Assembly: GCF_001194135.2 (NCBI RefSeq)
Contig: NC_068985.1
Location: forward strand, 33,825,503 to 33,862,953
Origin: Octopus bimaculoides
Taxonomy: Eukaryota
Direction: 5' to 3'
Length of the DNA: 37,451 bases
Below are positions 1 to 12,626 of the stretch, in pieces. How positions within the stretch are numbered: position 1 is the first letter of the stretch; each line of letters starts with the position of its first letter. The position numbers were made by a program, and so were the translations under genes. The notes beneath the pieces were generated by a model, which was not told the DNA's origin, ran no database searches, and was given only the letters and a program-made list of their open reading frames with translations.

Positions 1-341
1 TGGCCGTTGCCAGTACCGCCTGACTGGCTTCCGTAGGATTTTCGAGCGAGATCGTTGCCAGTGCCCCTGGACTGGCTTGTGCAGGTGGCACATAAAAGAC
101 ACCATTTCGAGCGTGGCCGTTGCCAGTATCGCCTGACTGGCCTTCGTGTAGGTGACACGTAAAAGCACCTACTACACTGAGTGGTTGGCGTTAGGAAGGG
201 TATCCAGCTGTAGAAACTCTGCCAAATTTAGATTGGAGCCTGGTGTTGCCATCCGGTTTCACCAGTCCTCAGTCAAATCGTCCAACCCATGGTAGCATGG
301 AAAGCGGACGTTAAACAATGATGATGATGATGATGATGATG
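1..341 (+). mobile_element. Young RTE-type retroposon 3' end (5'-truncated LINE 3'UTR or RTE-tailed SINE) with (GAT)n tail
   Basis: Nearly identical to 9044-9364 and to the reverse complement of 35410-35574; ends ccaacccatg..gcatggaaagcggacg plus (atg)n. Confidence 0.85.
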
Positions 342-904
342 AAAATCAAAGAAAATATATAAACAATGTTAATCAATAACATTGTTTTTAATCAATAATA
401 TTGCGCACCATATCTTTTACATAAAAAATTATTCCTACTTCTAATATTAACTACTATATTTATTGGTATTTTCTATTTAAATATTATTTTACTCTATGTA
501 TTATATATCTCAGTGTATAATATGCCCTAGAGTTCAATGCCTGAATGCAGTCTCTAAACACACCCTGTAAACTGCTACTGTGTGTTAGAGCTCATTACAC
601 AATAAGTGAATGGTTATTTCCAGAGCAAGTATAACTGTAATAACCCATAGATAATTTCAGTTGAACTTTCAGCTTGAACAGCTGTCATCCATTGGAATCA
701 GTCAGCACATGCACAACCACTTCTATATGCTAAGCATATACTAGCACTTAAAACACCTTGCCATACAGAAAAAAAAATGTTTTCAATGTCCTTCACATCA
801 CAGTAAATGCTAATAACCTGAGATCAGTCTCCTGTCTACCATCTGGGTGGAGGCATACAAAGTAACTTGAGTGTTTTATTTTTTTGATACTGGCTCTGAT
901 TCAT

Positions 905-1232
905 TTAACCCCTTCCCCGGCGACTTCTTTTGGAGAAAACCTTTCATTTTCAGACAAATATATATTTTTTTAATCAGACAGGCTTGCACTCTCATCTGAT
1001 GTATTCAAGCCTCTAATAGAAGATTCATACGTTTTGTCATATTCTAAGCTCAACATCTGGGTGTAATTTGTAAAAAAGAGAAACACAAAAACCGAGAAAT
1101 GCCGAGAATTGACATATAAACTCGTCTGTGGCTGTTTTTGAAATTATGTTTTGGATGAGTTTACTCGTCGCACTCAGAAAAAGAGAAATTGGTGAAGACA
1201 AGTTGACTCATCTTTGCTGGGTAAAGAGCTAA
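905..1232. mobile_element. Decayed piggyBac-like MITE
   Basis: TTAA|ccccttcccc at the left and gtaaagag|CTAA at the right; imperfect TIR (10/15); three internal GACGAGTTAACTCGTC-like palindromes. Confidence 0.55.
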
Positions 1233-2311
1233 TGTATTTATATTTGAATTAAAACCTTCCATTGTAAATATTTGTAGGAACCTTTTGTTAACTTATGTTT
1301 CAACAACATAATAATGAAAACGTTATTTTACTAAATGCCTCCAAATTCTTGAATATTTTGAAAATAAATTCTTTACTAATTTGGTCACAAAACAAAAAAA
1401 ATTGAAGCGTAAATGAAATATGTTAGTTTGCAATGCTGAGAGAAAATAACTAATTTCAGAAAGTACCATTTAGTCTTTGATGAACAATCACTCAAAACAC
1501 TACACATTCGCTCACCTCGTGGCAAGCTAACATATGACATTTTTTGCTTGCAGACAATCAGGTTTCTTGAATTCTAGGGATTAAATATTTTCTTAGAACA
1601 AACATACAACATATATGTAGTGCTACCATTTTTTTAGAAGAAACTATAGAAATCCTATTTATATAGAGATTTTAACATTTTCCTAAAACTTTATCAATTA
1701 AAAATTGATCTTAACATTTCTTCCTTGAAAACCTTTCATAGTTACTATGAATACTTTCACATTACTGACTTCATTAAAAATATTAAATTTTATTTAGTAA
1801 TAAGTATTCTCTTTTTCCCAGTTTATACAGAAGGTAACATAGATTATAATACAAGATAGACAAAAATCAATATAATTGCCTCTGAAAATTAATTTAGAAT
1901 CCTTTTTTTTAATACAAACTTAGGTTTACGAAAATTTTTAAATCATTTACTATGTATTTTTCCATGAATATTTAGCATTCATCCACACAATATTCATGTA
2001 AGACAAGCAAGAAGAATATCTGAATCTTTCAACTGTGTTTGTTTTGAAACTAGAAACCATTTTAATTAATTATTTAGCTTTGCATTAGACAACAATATCA
2101 TAGAGCTATTACATTTTTGTTACAAAACTATTCCTATTTTTAATTTTAATACTACATTTATATATATTTTCTATTCAAATGTGTTTATCCAAATGTTTTC
2201 CCACCCAATAGAAAACCATCTTATACTCCAGGTGTGAAATGTTGGGAAAATGTATTATATATTTTTAAAATGTTTTGTAATATAAAGCAACTATATATCA
2301 ACAAAGCTTAC

Positions 2312-2514
2312 GTTGTTATTTTTCTATTGCAGTAGCTTTTCCATTTATCCATTTTTTCAAGACAAATGAATGTAGTAGAACCAGCGTTGTTAGCCTTGAG
2401 GAACTCAATGCAGCGGCGAGCTGTATCAATGGTGTCAACTAAAATATTGTCAAGAGCACCACAAGCAGTTGAAATGGCACAATCAAATTTGCTATCAATT
2501 GCACCTAGATCACC
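2312..2514 (-). CDS. SMC4: SMC4 coding exon 14 (GDLGAIDSKFDCAISTACGALD...RKIT), hinge domain start
   Basis: tttaacag| acceptor, AC|gtaagc donor, 203 nt; hinge motif GDLGAID. Confidence 0.96.
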
Positions 2515-5500
2515 CTGTTAAATATATATATATATAAAAAAAAATTGTTGGAATTAATTATTAAACAAACATCAGAAAAGATAAGAAAAAAAAAACAATG
2601 TAAAAATCAACAAAAACAACCAAGATAGTCATTGAAGAGGAACTGAAATGCTGTAAAATCAGAAGTCATGGGGTGCCAAGATTTAAGTCAGCATTTATCC
2701 AATCACCAATAAAAAAAAGTCCTATTGTAAATATGTTGAAGCAACTTCTTTTCACATCTGAATACAGGCAGATATATTGATAACAGTAATATCATCAACA
2801 TTTTAGCATCCACTTTTCCATGCGTGCATGGGTTACACTGAGTTTATCAAGACAGATTCTCTTCAGCCAGATGACCTTCCCGTTGTCAACACATACCAAG
2901 GTAATATTGCCAGACATGTTTTCACAGAATATTGGAAATGAATGAGTCATTGACAACAATCATGTAAATGTTAAGACAAAGAGACAAATACACACATATA
3001 CAAAAGGCATCTTTCAGTTTCCATCTAGCAAATCTACTAAAAAATTTTTAGTCAGCCTGAGGCTATAATTGAAGACACTTGTTCAAGATGCCATGCAGTG
3101 GGACCAAATCTGAAACAATGTGGTTGGGAAACAAACTTCTTAACCACACAGACACCTTCACCCATATAGAGCCATGCATGTGCTGATAATAATACAATGA
3201 AAATTATTAAGGCCTAAGAAGAATGAAGAATAACATCTCAGTTTGTTTTTTTTTAATGGTATACCAAATTCTTAATTATATTGATTATTATCCTGTTATG
3301 TGAAGTGAGGCTTGAAATTACCTATAAACTGTGAAACCACAAACCAAAATATTCATTTATCATTCTCAGAAAATCGAAGAATATTTATGTTTATTTATTA
3401 AAACTTAATCACCTTATCCCAAGCAACAGCTGCCAACTTTGGAAAATAAAAGTTTAATATATACAATCATATAAAAGTTGATGCATGCTATTTTAAAGTA
3501 GCAGTTAATGAAGTGATAATTTAAAGCTTCACACACATAATTTGCAAGTGTGTGTGCATGAAATGTCTCATTTTTAAATATAGTGGAAACATTAAATTAA
3601 AAACTGAACAGTAACAGACATTCAACAGCAGAAATATTAAATAACTCAAAAACATGCTTACCAATCTGCCTAAAATTCCAGGAAGTTTCCCTCTTCGCTT
3701 CTGTTCCATTAAAGTAGACAAAACCCTCCCTTTGCTCTTGGCTGATTGCATGGACCTCTTCATTTCTTCAATTTTCAAACGAGCATTTCTTAACTTCAAA
3801 CACAAAAAGGTAAGATGTCATTAAACATTTCAAAACATATCATCATCACTGAACGTCCATTGTCTAAGCTAGTATGAGCTGGACAGTTTGACCAGGGTTG
3901 GCAACCTGGAAGGCTGCACCAGATTCCAGTCTGATATGACACGATTTCTACAGCTGGATGCCCTTCCTAACAGCAACCACTTCAAGAGTGTAATGGATGC
4001 TTTTATATACCACCAGCATGGGTGTTATTTGTGTGATACTAGTATCTGCCACAACTGCGATTTTACTCAGCTTGATAGGTCTTCTTCTCAAGCATGTCAT
4101 AATGCCAAAGGTCTTTGGTCATTGCCTCTGTGAGGCCCAACACTTGAAAGGAGCTTTTCACATGCCACCAGCACCAGCCACTTTGCCTCTATGAGGCCCA
4201 ATGTGTGAAAGGTGCTTTTTACGTGTCACCAGTACAGAGATGATAGATACTAATATTCATTTTATTATAGTTGTTATATTTTAAGAAATAATAACACACC
4301 AATTTCTTTTATATATCTAGTATGCTATGTAACACCTTTCTATTAATAAAGTATGAATAAATGAAAGAGAGATGGGTAGAAGAATGCTCTGATCTGCTGG
4401 AAATGTTTGAAACCAATGAAAACGTTTTTGTGAGTTTTTTGTTTGATCTTGTTTTTCCTAGTCTCGTGCAGTGGGTAAAAGTGACCAGAGCTTTATGATC
4501 TGGAAACGAAGTCTCAATTCATGAAACGAAGTCACACCTCTTCTCCAAGATTGGCACATCATCATGGTAACTATATTTTGGGATAACTAGGACATGATTT
4601 ACTAGAATGTCGCTGTACCATAAACGAGCAGTACATTGAGACACTCAAAAAGCAATTAAAGAAACCATTAGGAGGAAGAGACCAAACAAAAATCTGAACC
4701 CAATCCACATGCATCATGACAACGCATGACCACACACACACATCTTTGACAACAAAAAAAAAAATAGCAATCAGCCAAACGGGCATTGATCCAATGGACA
4801 GACTTCAAGGACAATTTGATGACACAGGTGAAAGTTGCTGTGAAATAGGCACAACAGTGCACACCTGAATTTTTTCCAAGAGAATTTGAAAGCCATGATC
4901 AAGAATGGCACAAATGCATCACTTGTGATGGAGATTAGGCTAAATAATACCATTGTTTTGAGGAAGAGTTACTTTACCAGCTCGTGCAGTTTGAACAAAC
5001 TTTCTCAGTTAATAGACAAGTTATGCCCACCTTTGCATTATTTTCAGTACAACTGTATGTTTGTGTGCGTGTGTTTAAACCTTTAATTTAACAACTGTAA
5101 AGTTGCCTGGTTTCCCTACACGATTGACAGATTTACAAAAACTAACAATACCTTTAGAACATTGATATATTTGTATATTTAATTTCTTTAAAAAGAACAA
5201 TATCTTAAAAAGCTTTCCTTGAAAACATTTTATAATGTTATGAAAGCCATTAGATTAAAAACTGAAAACTCCAACAAGTAAAACTAGTATTTAATGTATA
5301 ATTTCATAAAACAAATAACTTATCCTTTATATTACATAATTATATGCATGTTAACAGTATAAGATATGAATCTTCTGTCAAATTTCAATTTCCTTTTGTC
5401 TAATCTCAAAAAGCTATTGATTACTGTGTAGTAATGCAGCTAACTCCCTAAAGGATTACTGTTTTTACAGACTTGCTCTCATGTTCATTTTACAAAGGTT

Positions 5501-8500
5501 TGATTTTTATTCAAAACCTGTTTATAGATTAGAGTGAAGTATAATAAAAATTATTTTCTCCTTCACTAAATTTTACCTGTTCTGAAGAATTCTTTTCTGA
5601 TTCTGTAGCTTGTTCCAATTCTTTTTTGCTTTTTTCAAGATTTTTCTGAATAGTGGGAAGTTTTTGTTCCATATCTTTAATTTGACTAAAAAACATGAAA
5701 ATTAAAAATTAGAAATACCAAATACATCAATTTCCTTTTCACAATGCAACTTTTTATAATGCAACATTATATTTCAATGTTTCATAAGTTTTATTATATT
5801 CTTCAAACAATATTTTAGAAATTTAATGAAACTATTCCAGATCAGTCTAAAAACAAAGGATATGTTTTTCTGAAACAACTAAAGTTAGTATGCAATAGTT
5901 ATCAATACAACAACACATACATTAACTCATTTATAGAGAAAGGAAGGAATTTTTTAATACACAAATATGTTAAATTTGCTGTTATCCTCCTTAAGTTAAT
6001 AAAACAAAATTTTTAAAGAGGTATCTACAAAGAAAAGCAAAATACAATAAAACAAGCTTATTCAAAATATCCTGTTCACCTATTATCACCAAATGAACTT
6101 CTGTTATCAACCTCCCAGTGTTCACTTACTCCTCATTGTTCAGCAACATCAATTTTTGTCAATATATTAATAGAACAAATAACCCAGCATTAAAAGAAAA
6201 TAAGTGAATATTTTTCAATATGGTATTAAAGCAGAGAACTTAGAAGAGTACATAATTAACATTTAACATCCTCTTTACATACTGGTATGGGCTGAACAGA
6301 TCATCACAGTCCAGTTCAGTTCTCATTCAAGGTTACTACTCTCATAGAATTGGCCATGGGCCACATCTAGCTTGTGTTTTCTTTTGACATGATACCTACA
6401 GTTGGATGCTATTCCTAGCACCAACCACCTGACAAACCTAAAAAGTTATCTTGACCTTACAATGTCTATACTCATTTCCCAACCACTTTACAGATGGCAA
6501 TAGAGGCATTTTATCATAGTCCCAGCCCTAGTGAAGTTGCTTTGTACCCTGCAAGACAAAAGGACATCTTCACTGCACTACGTTGAGTCCATTCACTCAA
6601 GGACAGGTGATCAATAATTAGGATAGCAGACAACTGCAAAAGACGGACTACAGTAAGAGAGGAAACAGATTATGAGAGGAAAAGATTGAGTGGAGTGATA
6701 GTCAAGAAGAAAAAATGGAAGCATGCTAGGTGAGTAAAGAGACACAACAGAAAAAGATGATGATGACTATTAGATAGATTTTTAAAATCTACTAAATTGT
6801 TAATATTACACTTGAATGACTGTTAATTGTCTTTAGATTTGTCCAAAGAAGATTTTATAAAAATTGATATTAACCTCTGGCGATCTTTTAGAGTGCTTGT
6901 GGCCTTACTCAAGTTCCTTTGCAGTTCATTTAATTTTGATTGCTCATTTTGTTCGTTGCTAAGATAGATATCCAACTCTGATTGGGCAACATTATACTAT
7001 TAAAAAACAAATTGGAAAATATACTTAGATGATTAATATAACTTTTGAATTTTGATATTCAGTGGCTAATCATGGAAAATTTAAACTTCAATTCAATAAA
7101 TTAAATATAATAAAACTAAAGATTATTGTTGGATGTTGTTGAAGTTTTGGACAAGAAGGAAATAAAAAATTCATTGCTTATTTATAGAATTAATTCAAAA
7201 ATGAAGAGAATGCAGCATTTCATTTTATGGAATATCATTTCAAAGAATAAATATATCTTGATTGACAAAAATAAGTAAATTTATTTAACTAGTATTTTGT
7301 AGAAGGGTTCTATGCACCAACAAGGAATGAATTTACATATTCTACCTGTGACTTGCTCTCACTGACTGACTTTTGCATTCCTAACAATTGTTCTTCTTGC
7401 TTGTCTTTCTCTTCTTGCAGATCCTAAATTCAGAGTTATTTAAAGATTAGAATGAAAATATGAATAAACAAAGCAAAATAAGTGAAAACATTTAAAATAA
7501 ATCACAGAAATGTACTTTTGATAGTGCTGAAATACATAGGAAACCACTGCAACTATTTAACTTTATGAAATTATTAGAGAATCATAACTGGTTGTAAGGT
7601 TGACAGAAGTAGATAAGAAAAAATACTTCCTATCAAAACAAAAGTATATTGTAATCAAATGGAAAATATAAATTCTGTTAATAAGTGATATTTTCCACTA
7701 AAACTCAAAAAATGTTCACCTTGGTTTCAGTTTTCAAACTTTTCATCACTTCTTGAACTTTTTTAACCTCTTCTTTCTTTTTCGCTTCAAGAGTTTCCAA
7801 TTTCTTATTTAGATCAACCAAAACTTTTTCAGCCTCTTCTGGAATTGATTTGAACTCTCCAATCTAAAAATATTTTTTTAAATATAACCAAAAAACATTT
7901 TCAAAAAATTTAGATAGTAAAAAAATTTACTGATTTTGTTATTACGAGATAAACTTTTAAATTTATTTCATAAAGAAAAGTTTTGATAAGGAATTCTGTG
8001 TGCTTGTAAGCCAGGCCAGTTGATTAGCCAGAATCCTATGCTAACTCCCATAACAACACACAGATAAAAGAAATTTTCCTAAAGTAGAATAACTTTTCAT
8101 TAGAAATATTCAGATGACAAAACTCATTCACAAATAGACAAGTAGTTAACTAAAATAGATAGGCAAACTATCCTGCCAATAACTATGGAAAAATAAATAA
8201 GAGAATTTCAGGTTATAAAACATATTTGAAATAAATAGTGTATTATTTTTAACCCTTTAACGTTTAGACTGACCAAAAGCGGCCGAAAATTGTAGCCCTT
8301 TATTTGTTTGAACTGACCAAATCTGGCTGTATCTGATTCCTCTACAAAAATCACTAAAAAATAAAGATATCACATTATTGAAGTCTCATAGTTTTGAGAT
8401 AAAGCAAGATAAAGCCTTTCCCACCTTTATTCAAGTAAAAATATAGTGAAATTTTTGAGACGTCTTGGTTTTTTCAACGTTTGAAGACAAGTGTATATCT

Positions 8501-11500
8501 TAGTTTCTAATGATATGGCATCAGAAGTAACAATTCCAACTTCAAAGGTTTTACTCTTGATGATGTACAAAATATAAACGGAAACAACAGTGATTTGCCT
8601 TCGGACAAATCATATTGACATTTATGAATCTTCATCAGAAGAAGATTTTGATAATGAAAATGATGAAAATGATCTTGCAAACATTCCGGGAACATGGTTG
8701 AAGATTATTACATCAACCACAATTCCCGATTGCACAGAAAATACTGATCCACAATACAGTCTGCCTCATAATGCTCAACCATTGAGCTATTTGTTTTTAT
8801 TTTTACCGAAAAGTTGTTTTTGAAACTGTTGTGGAGGAAACAAATATGCTCAAAGCATAATTTCTATTCATGGAAAACCTGATCCACTATAACAGCCAAC
8901 TGATACTGCGAGCTTTCTTTACTATAAACATTATGGTAGATATCAAGCAGCTTACTCAACTGAGGAACTACTGGAATCCTGATATAAGGTATGGTGATCC
9001 ATATATCTCCAGTATTATGTCTAACAATAGTTAATTCATATATGAGCGTGGCCGTTGCCAGTACCGCCTGACTGGCTCCCGTAGGATTTTCGAGCGAGAT
9101 CGTTGCCAGTGCCCCTGGACTGGCTTGTGCGGGTGGCACATAAAAGACACCATTTCGAGCGTGGCCGTTTTCGTGCGGGTGACACGTAAAAGCACCCACT
9201 ACACTCTGAGTGGTTGGCGTTAGGAAGGGCATCCAGCTGTAGAAACTCTGCCAAATTAGACTGGAGCCTGGTGTTGCCATCCGGTTTCACCAGTCCTCAG
9301 TCAAATCGTCCAACCCATGCTAGCATGGAAAGCGGACGATGATGATGATGATGATGATGATGATTGTTAATGTAAAAAGCCACAAGGTACGTCCACCACC
9401 AGAGGACNNNNNNNNNNNNNNNNNNNNNNNNNNNNNNNNNNNNNNNNNNNNNNNNNNNNNNNNNNNNNNNNNNNNNNNNNNNNNNNNNNNNNNNNNNNNN
9501 NNNNNNNNNNNNNNNNNNNNNNNNNNNNNNNNNNNNNNNNNNNNNNNNNNNNNNNNNNNNNNNNNNNNNNNNNCACCGCATCTCAGTTACACAAGGGCTC
9601 TTCTTCCTGAAAGCACAGACTGGGAGAAAAGCAAAATTAACTGAGGTGGATGTCAGAGAAAATATTGACCTCCATAAAGTGGAAAAAATAAATGGAAGGG
9701 AGAAAGTTTGCAGATTGAGTTCATTGCATAAAAGAAAAACTGCAAAAGGATATCAGGTCGAACTCTCATATAGGTTCATTTTGCAAAGTGGCCTTGTGTA
9801 AAGGGTGCTTTAGACAGTTTCACGATAGAAATATGGCAGAACTATATTTTATTATTTGATAGTAATACTATCATATATTCCTTTCATTTTATTACAAATA
9901 ATATGTGAAAGTGAGAAAGACATATTAATTTTCAGTATGTTACACACCTACATTAATTCAAAACCTGAATAATTCAAAATACTGTAAAAACCTATGTAAT
10001 TTGCACACCTGTGTAATTTATGCAGGTGATTTTCAGGATAAAATCTGTTAAAAAAAGTTTCTACTCATGTAAAATTCACACCTAAAAGCTTTCAGAATTG
10101 CCGATATAGCCAGGAAAAAATGGTTTCCATTTTAGTTGTATTTAGTATAAACTTCACTTATTTATGATTAGGCTTTATTAAATTTTCATGAAATAAAAAT
10201 AATTTCTGTTTAACAAGTATCACATTGAAAGCTATTAAATTACAAAGTGTTTGTGTTGTTTATGATAGACTTTATTTTACATTTCTTGCTCACAAGAGAT
10301 TATGTCCCATCTTTAGCATACTGCTGTATGTCTTCTGAAATCACGATCACAGGAAAAGTTGCTGATAAGAACTACCAACAAAAACAAAGCTGATAAATAC
10401 ACACAGGTATTGAAAATTAAGTTTAATTACCAACAAACATCAGCTTGGATGACATTTTACTCAACCAACAGAAGCAGGTGACCAATCAAACTGATTATAT
10501 AAACAGAATTCTTTTCTGCCTATTCTTGTCAGAACCTTTGATACAGAGTATCGAAATTTTAATCCCTTTCACACTTATAAAATGTCAAGCAAACTTTAAA
10601 ATTTGTCATTACCGTTATTGTCAGTATGAGCAGAACTTATGAATCATTTACTGCGAAGGAGAAATTAAATATGTACTCTATTGCGATAGGTAGAAACTCC
10701 AAGCAATGTAAAATATGGCCCAGACTGTGTTTACCAGTATGAATGTCAAACTTCAAAAACTAGTTAACCATTTAATGGTTTTAGTAAATCTATACAGAAA
10801 AAGTAAGCATTATACCGTCCAGCATAAATAAAAGTCAACTTCATTATGCTTATTTAAGCCATTATTTTTTTCTGTTAAAACCTATTCTGACATCAAATGT
10901 GTCAACTTCCCGTACAAATTTTTACATTTTATACGTCTTCTTTTCAACAAAAAAAATTCTGGAAACGATCTACTCATGTAATTTATGCACCCACTAAAGT
11001 TTATTTTTATTTTTGCATAAAAAGTGTGTAAATTACATGGGTTTTTACAGTAATGTGAACAAATAAGCATTACATTTGATAGATTAATCCGAACACTAAA
11101 GGGTTAATGTAAGAAATGTACAAAAATACTTGCTTTTTTTAATTCTTGTGTAATACTTTTTTCAATTTTAGGGGCTTTGCTTTTTGTATGTTTCATATCT
11201 TCACGGCATTTCACATCCAAACTTTCCAATTTAGAGAATTGCTCTTTAAGCTCATCACTTTCCTTCACTAATGCCTCATACTCTCTAAACAGTAAACAAA
11301 ACATTTTTAAAAAATGTGTTATGGTTGTAAATTTTTAAAATAAATTTACTGTCTAACAATTTACACATAATTGAAGTATTTCAGTAAAATGGCCTATGTA
11401 AAGTATATAACAAACTGTGAATTAAGTTTTAATATTTTTTAATAATTTTTACTTTGTATATCTTACTAAGTCTTTGACATAAGTTCCCTTTGTGAAAAGA

Positions 11501-12548
11501 AATTAAACATGGTTTTGCTCATAAATCTTCAATTGTATACACCTATGTCATAATTCTACTCAAGCAGAGTTGACAGTTTTTCAACATTACTTAAAGATGT
11601 TTTTAAAAAAATAAATAAAACTCCAAAATAAATGAAAAGCAAAATTTATAATTTCAATACATTTTGAATGTTTTTTTTTTTGTAAAACGTTTTTACTTCA
11701 ATATAAATATAAAAAACACACAAAAACATTTTATTGGAAATATTTTTAAATCTCCATGTGGATGACCAATAAAATTAATTAGATTCCTAATTTAGTGGTT
11801 TCTGTTGACAAGAACCAAGACTATAATTTAAGAAAAGTGAAAAATGAGAAGATATGTTTTTTTGTTTTTTTGTTTTCTTGCTGGTATAAACAATGTTAAA
11901 AAAGGAAATAGTTTTCAACTGTGAAACAAAACTTGAGCTTGCAAGTTTAATATAAAAACTACCATATCAGAAATACAAATACATTCAACTTCCCATTTTC
12001 ATTAAAAATTTCTAGTGATATGAATCTGTAAAGAATAGTAACAAAATTTTCAAACATAAGTCAGTAACAGTTCTTATTGTCAGCTGAAATTAGATTGTTA
12101 CTAAAACTACCGCTTACTAAAAAAATAAAAATTTTTTTCTTTTATTCATTTACTCATTTCAATCATTTAAATGCAGCCATACTGGGCACTGCCTTGAAGA
12201 GTTTTTAACTGAACAAATTGACCCTAGGGCTTATTTCTTAAGCTTAGTACTTATTCTATCAGTCTCTTTTGCCAAACCACTAAGTTACAGGGATGTAAAC
12301 ACACCAACATCAATAGTCAATTGGTGATAGGAGACAAACACAGACACACATACATAAATATACAGTAGAACCTTGGTTTTCGAACAACCCTGATTACAAA
12401 TAAATCATACTTTATCTCCTGTCTTTCTCATATTCATTTATTACAATAGTACCTCTTTTTACAAATGCCTCTGATCACAAATAAATCATGCTTTATATAT
12501 ATAAAGCACAATTTATTCATGATTAGAGTTGTTCGAAAACTGAGGTAC

Positions 12549-12626
<78 letters not shown>

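Larger units (their letters stand above)
8515..9859 (+). pseudogene. piggyBac transposase relic (frameshifted, interrupted by an RTE tail and an N gap)
   Basis: Acidic N-terminus (FKGFTLDD, ESSSEEDFD), PLSYLFLF..FETVVEETN, RAFFTINIM..LRNYWNPD..PYISSIMS, and C-terminal Cys-rich FCKVALCKGCFRQFH. Confidence 0.85.
8249..11107 (+). mobile_element. Decayed piggyBac DNA transposon inside SMC4 intron 8
   Basis: TTAA at 8249-8252 and 11104-11107; CCCTTTA termini with a 22-bp TIR (15/22, all mismatches transitions); internal transposase relics. Confidence 0.88.

Noticed and set aside
1-170. CRISPR-like look of the repeated hairpin units with variable spacers
   Set aside because: Eukaryotic context, irregular spacing, no cas genes; the whole block recurs as a dispersed retroposon with a (GAT)n tail.
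309-2311. Next SMC4 exon (expected PENxPRLFD)
   Set aside because: No such peptide with splice sites in this interval; it must lie left of the window.
8864-9290. ORF-track ORFs of 138 aa and 84 aa
   Set aside because: Antisense read-through of an RTE tail and piggyBac relic; the same peptide recurs at 35481, showing repeat origin.
9297-9644. ORFs spanning X runs (also 29902-30529 and 35429-35669)
   Set aside because: Artefacts of N gaps and microsatellites.
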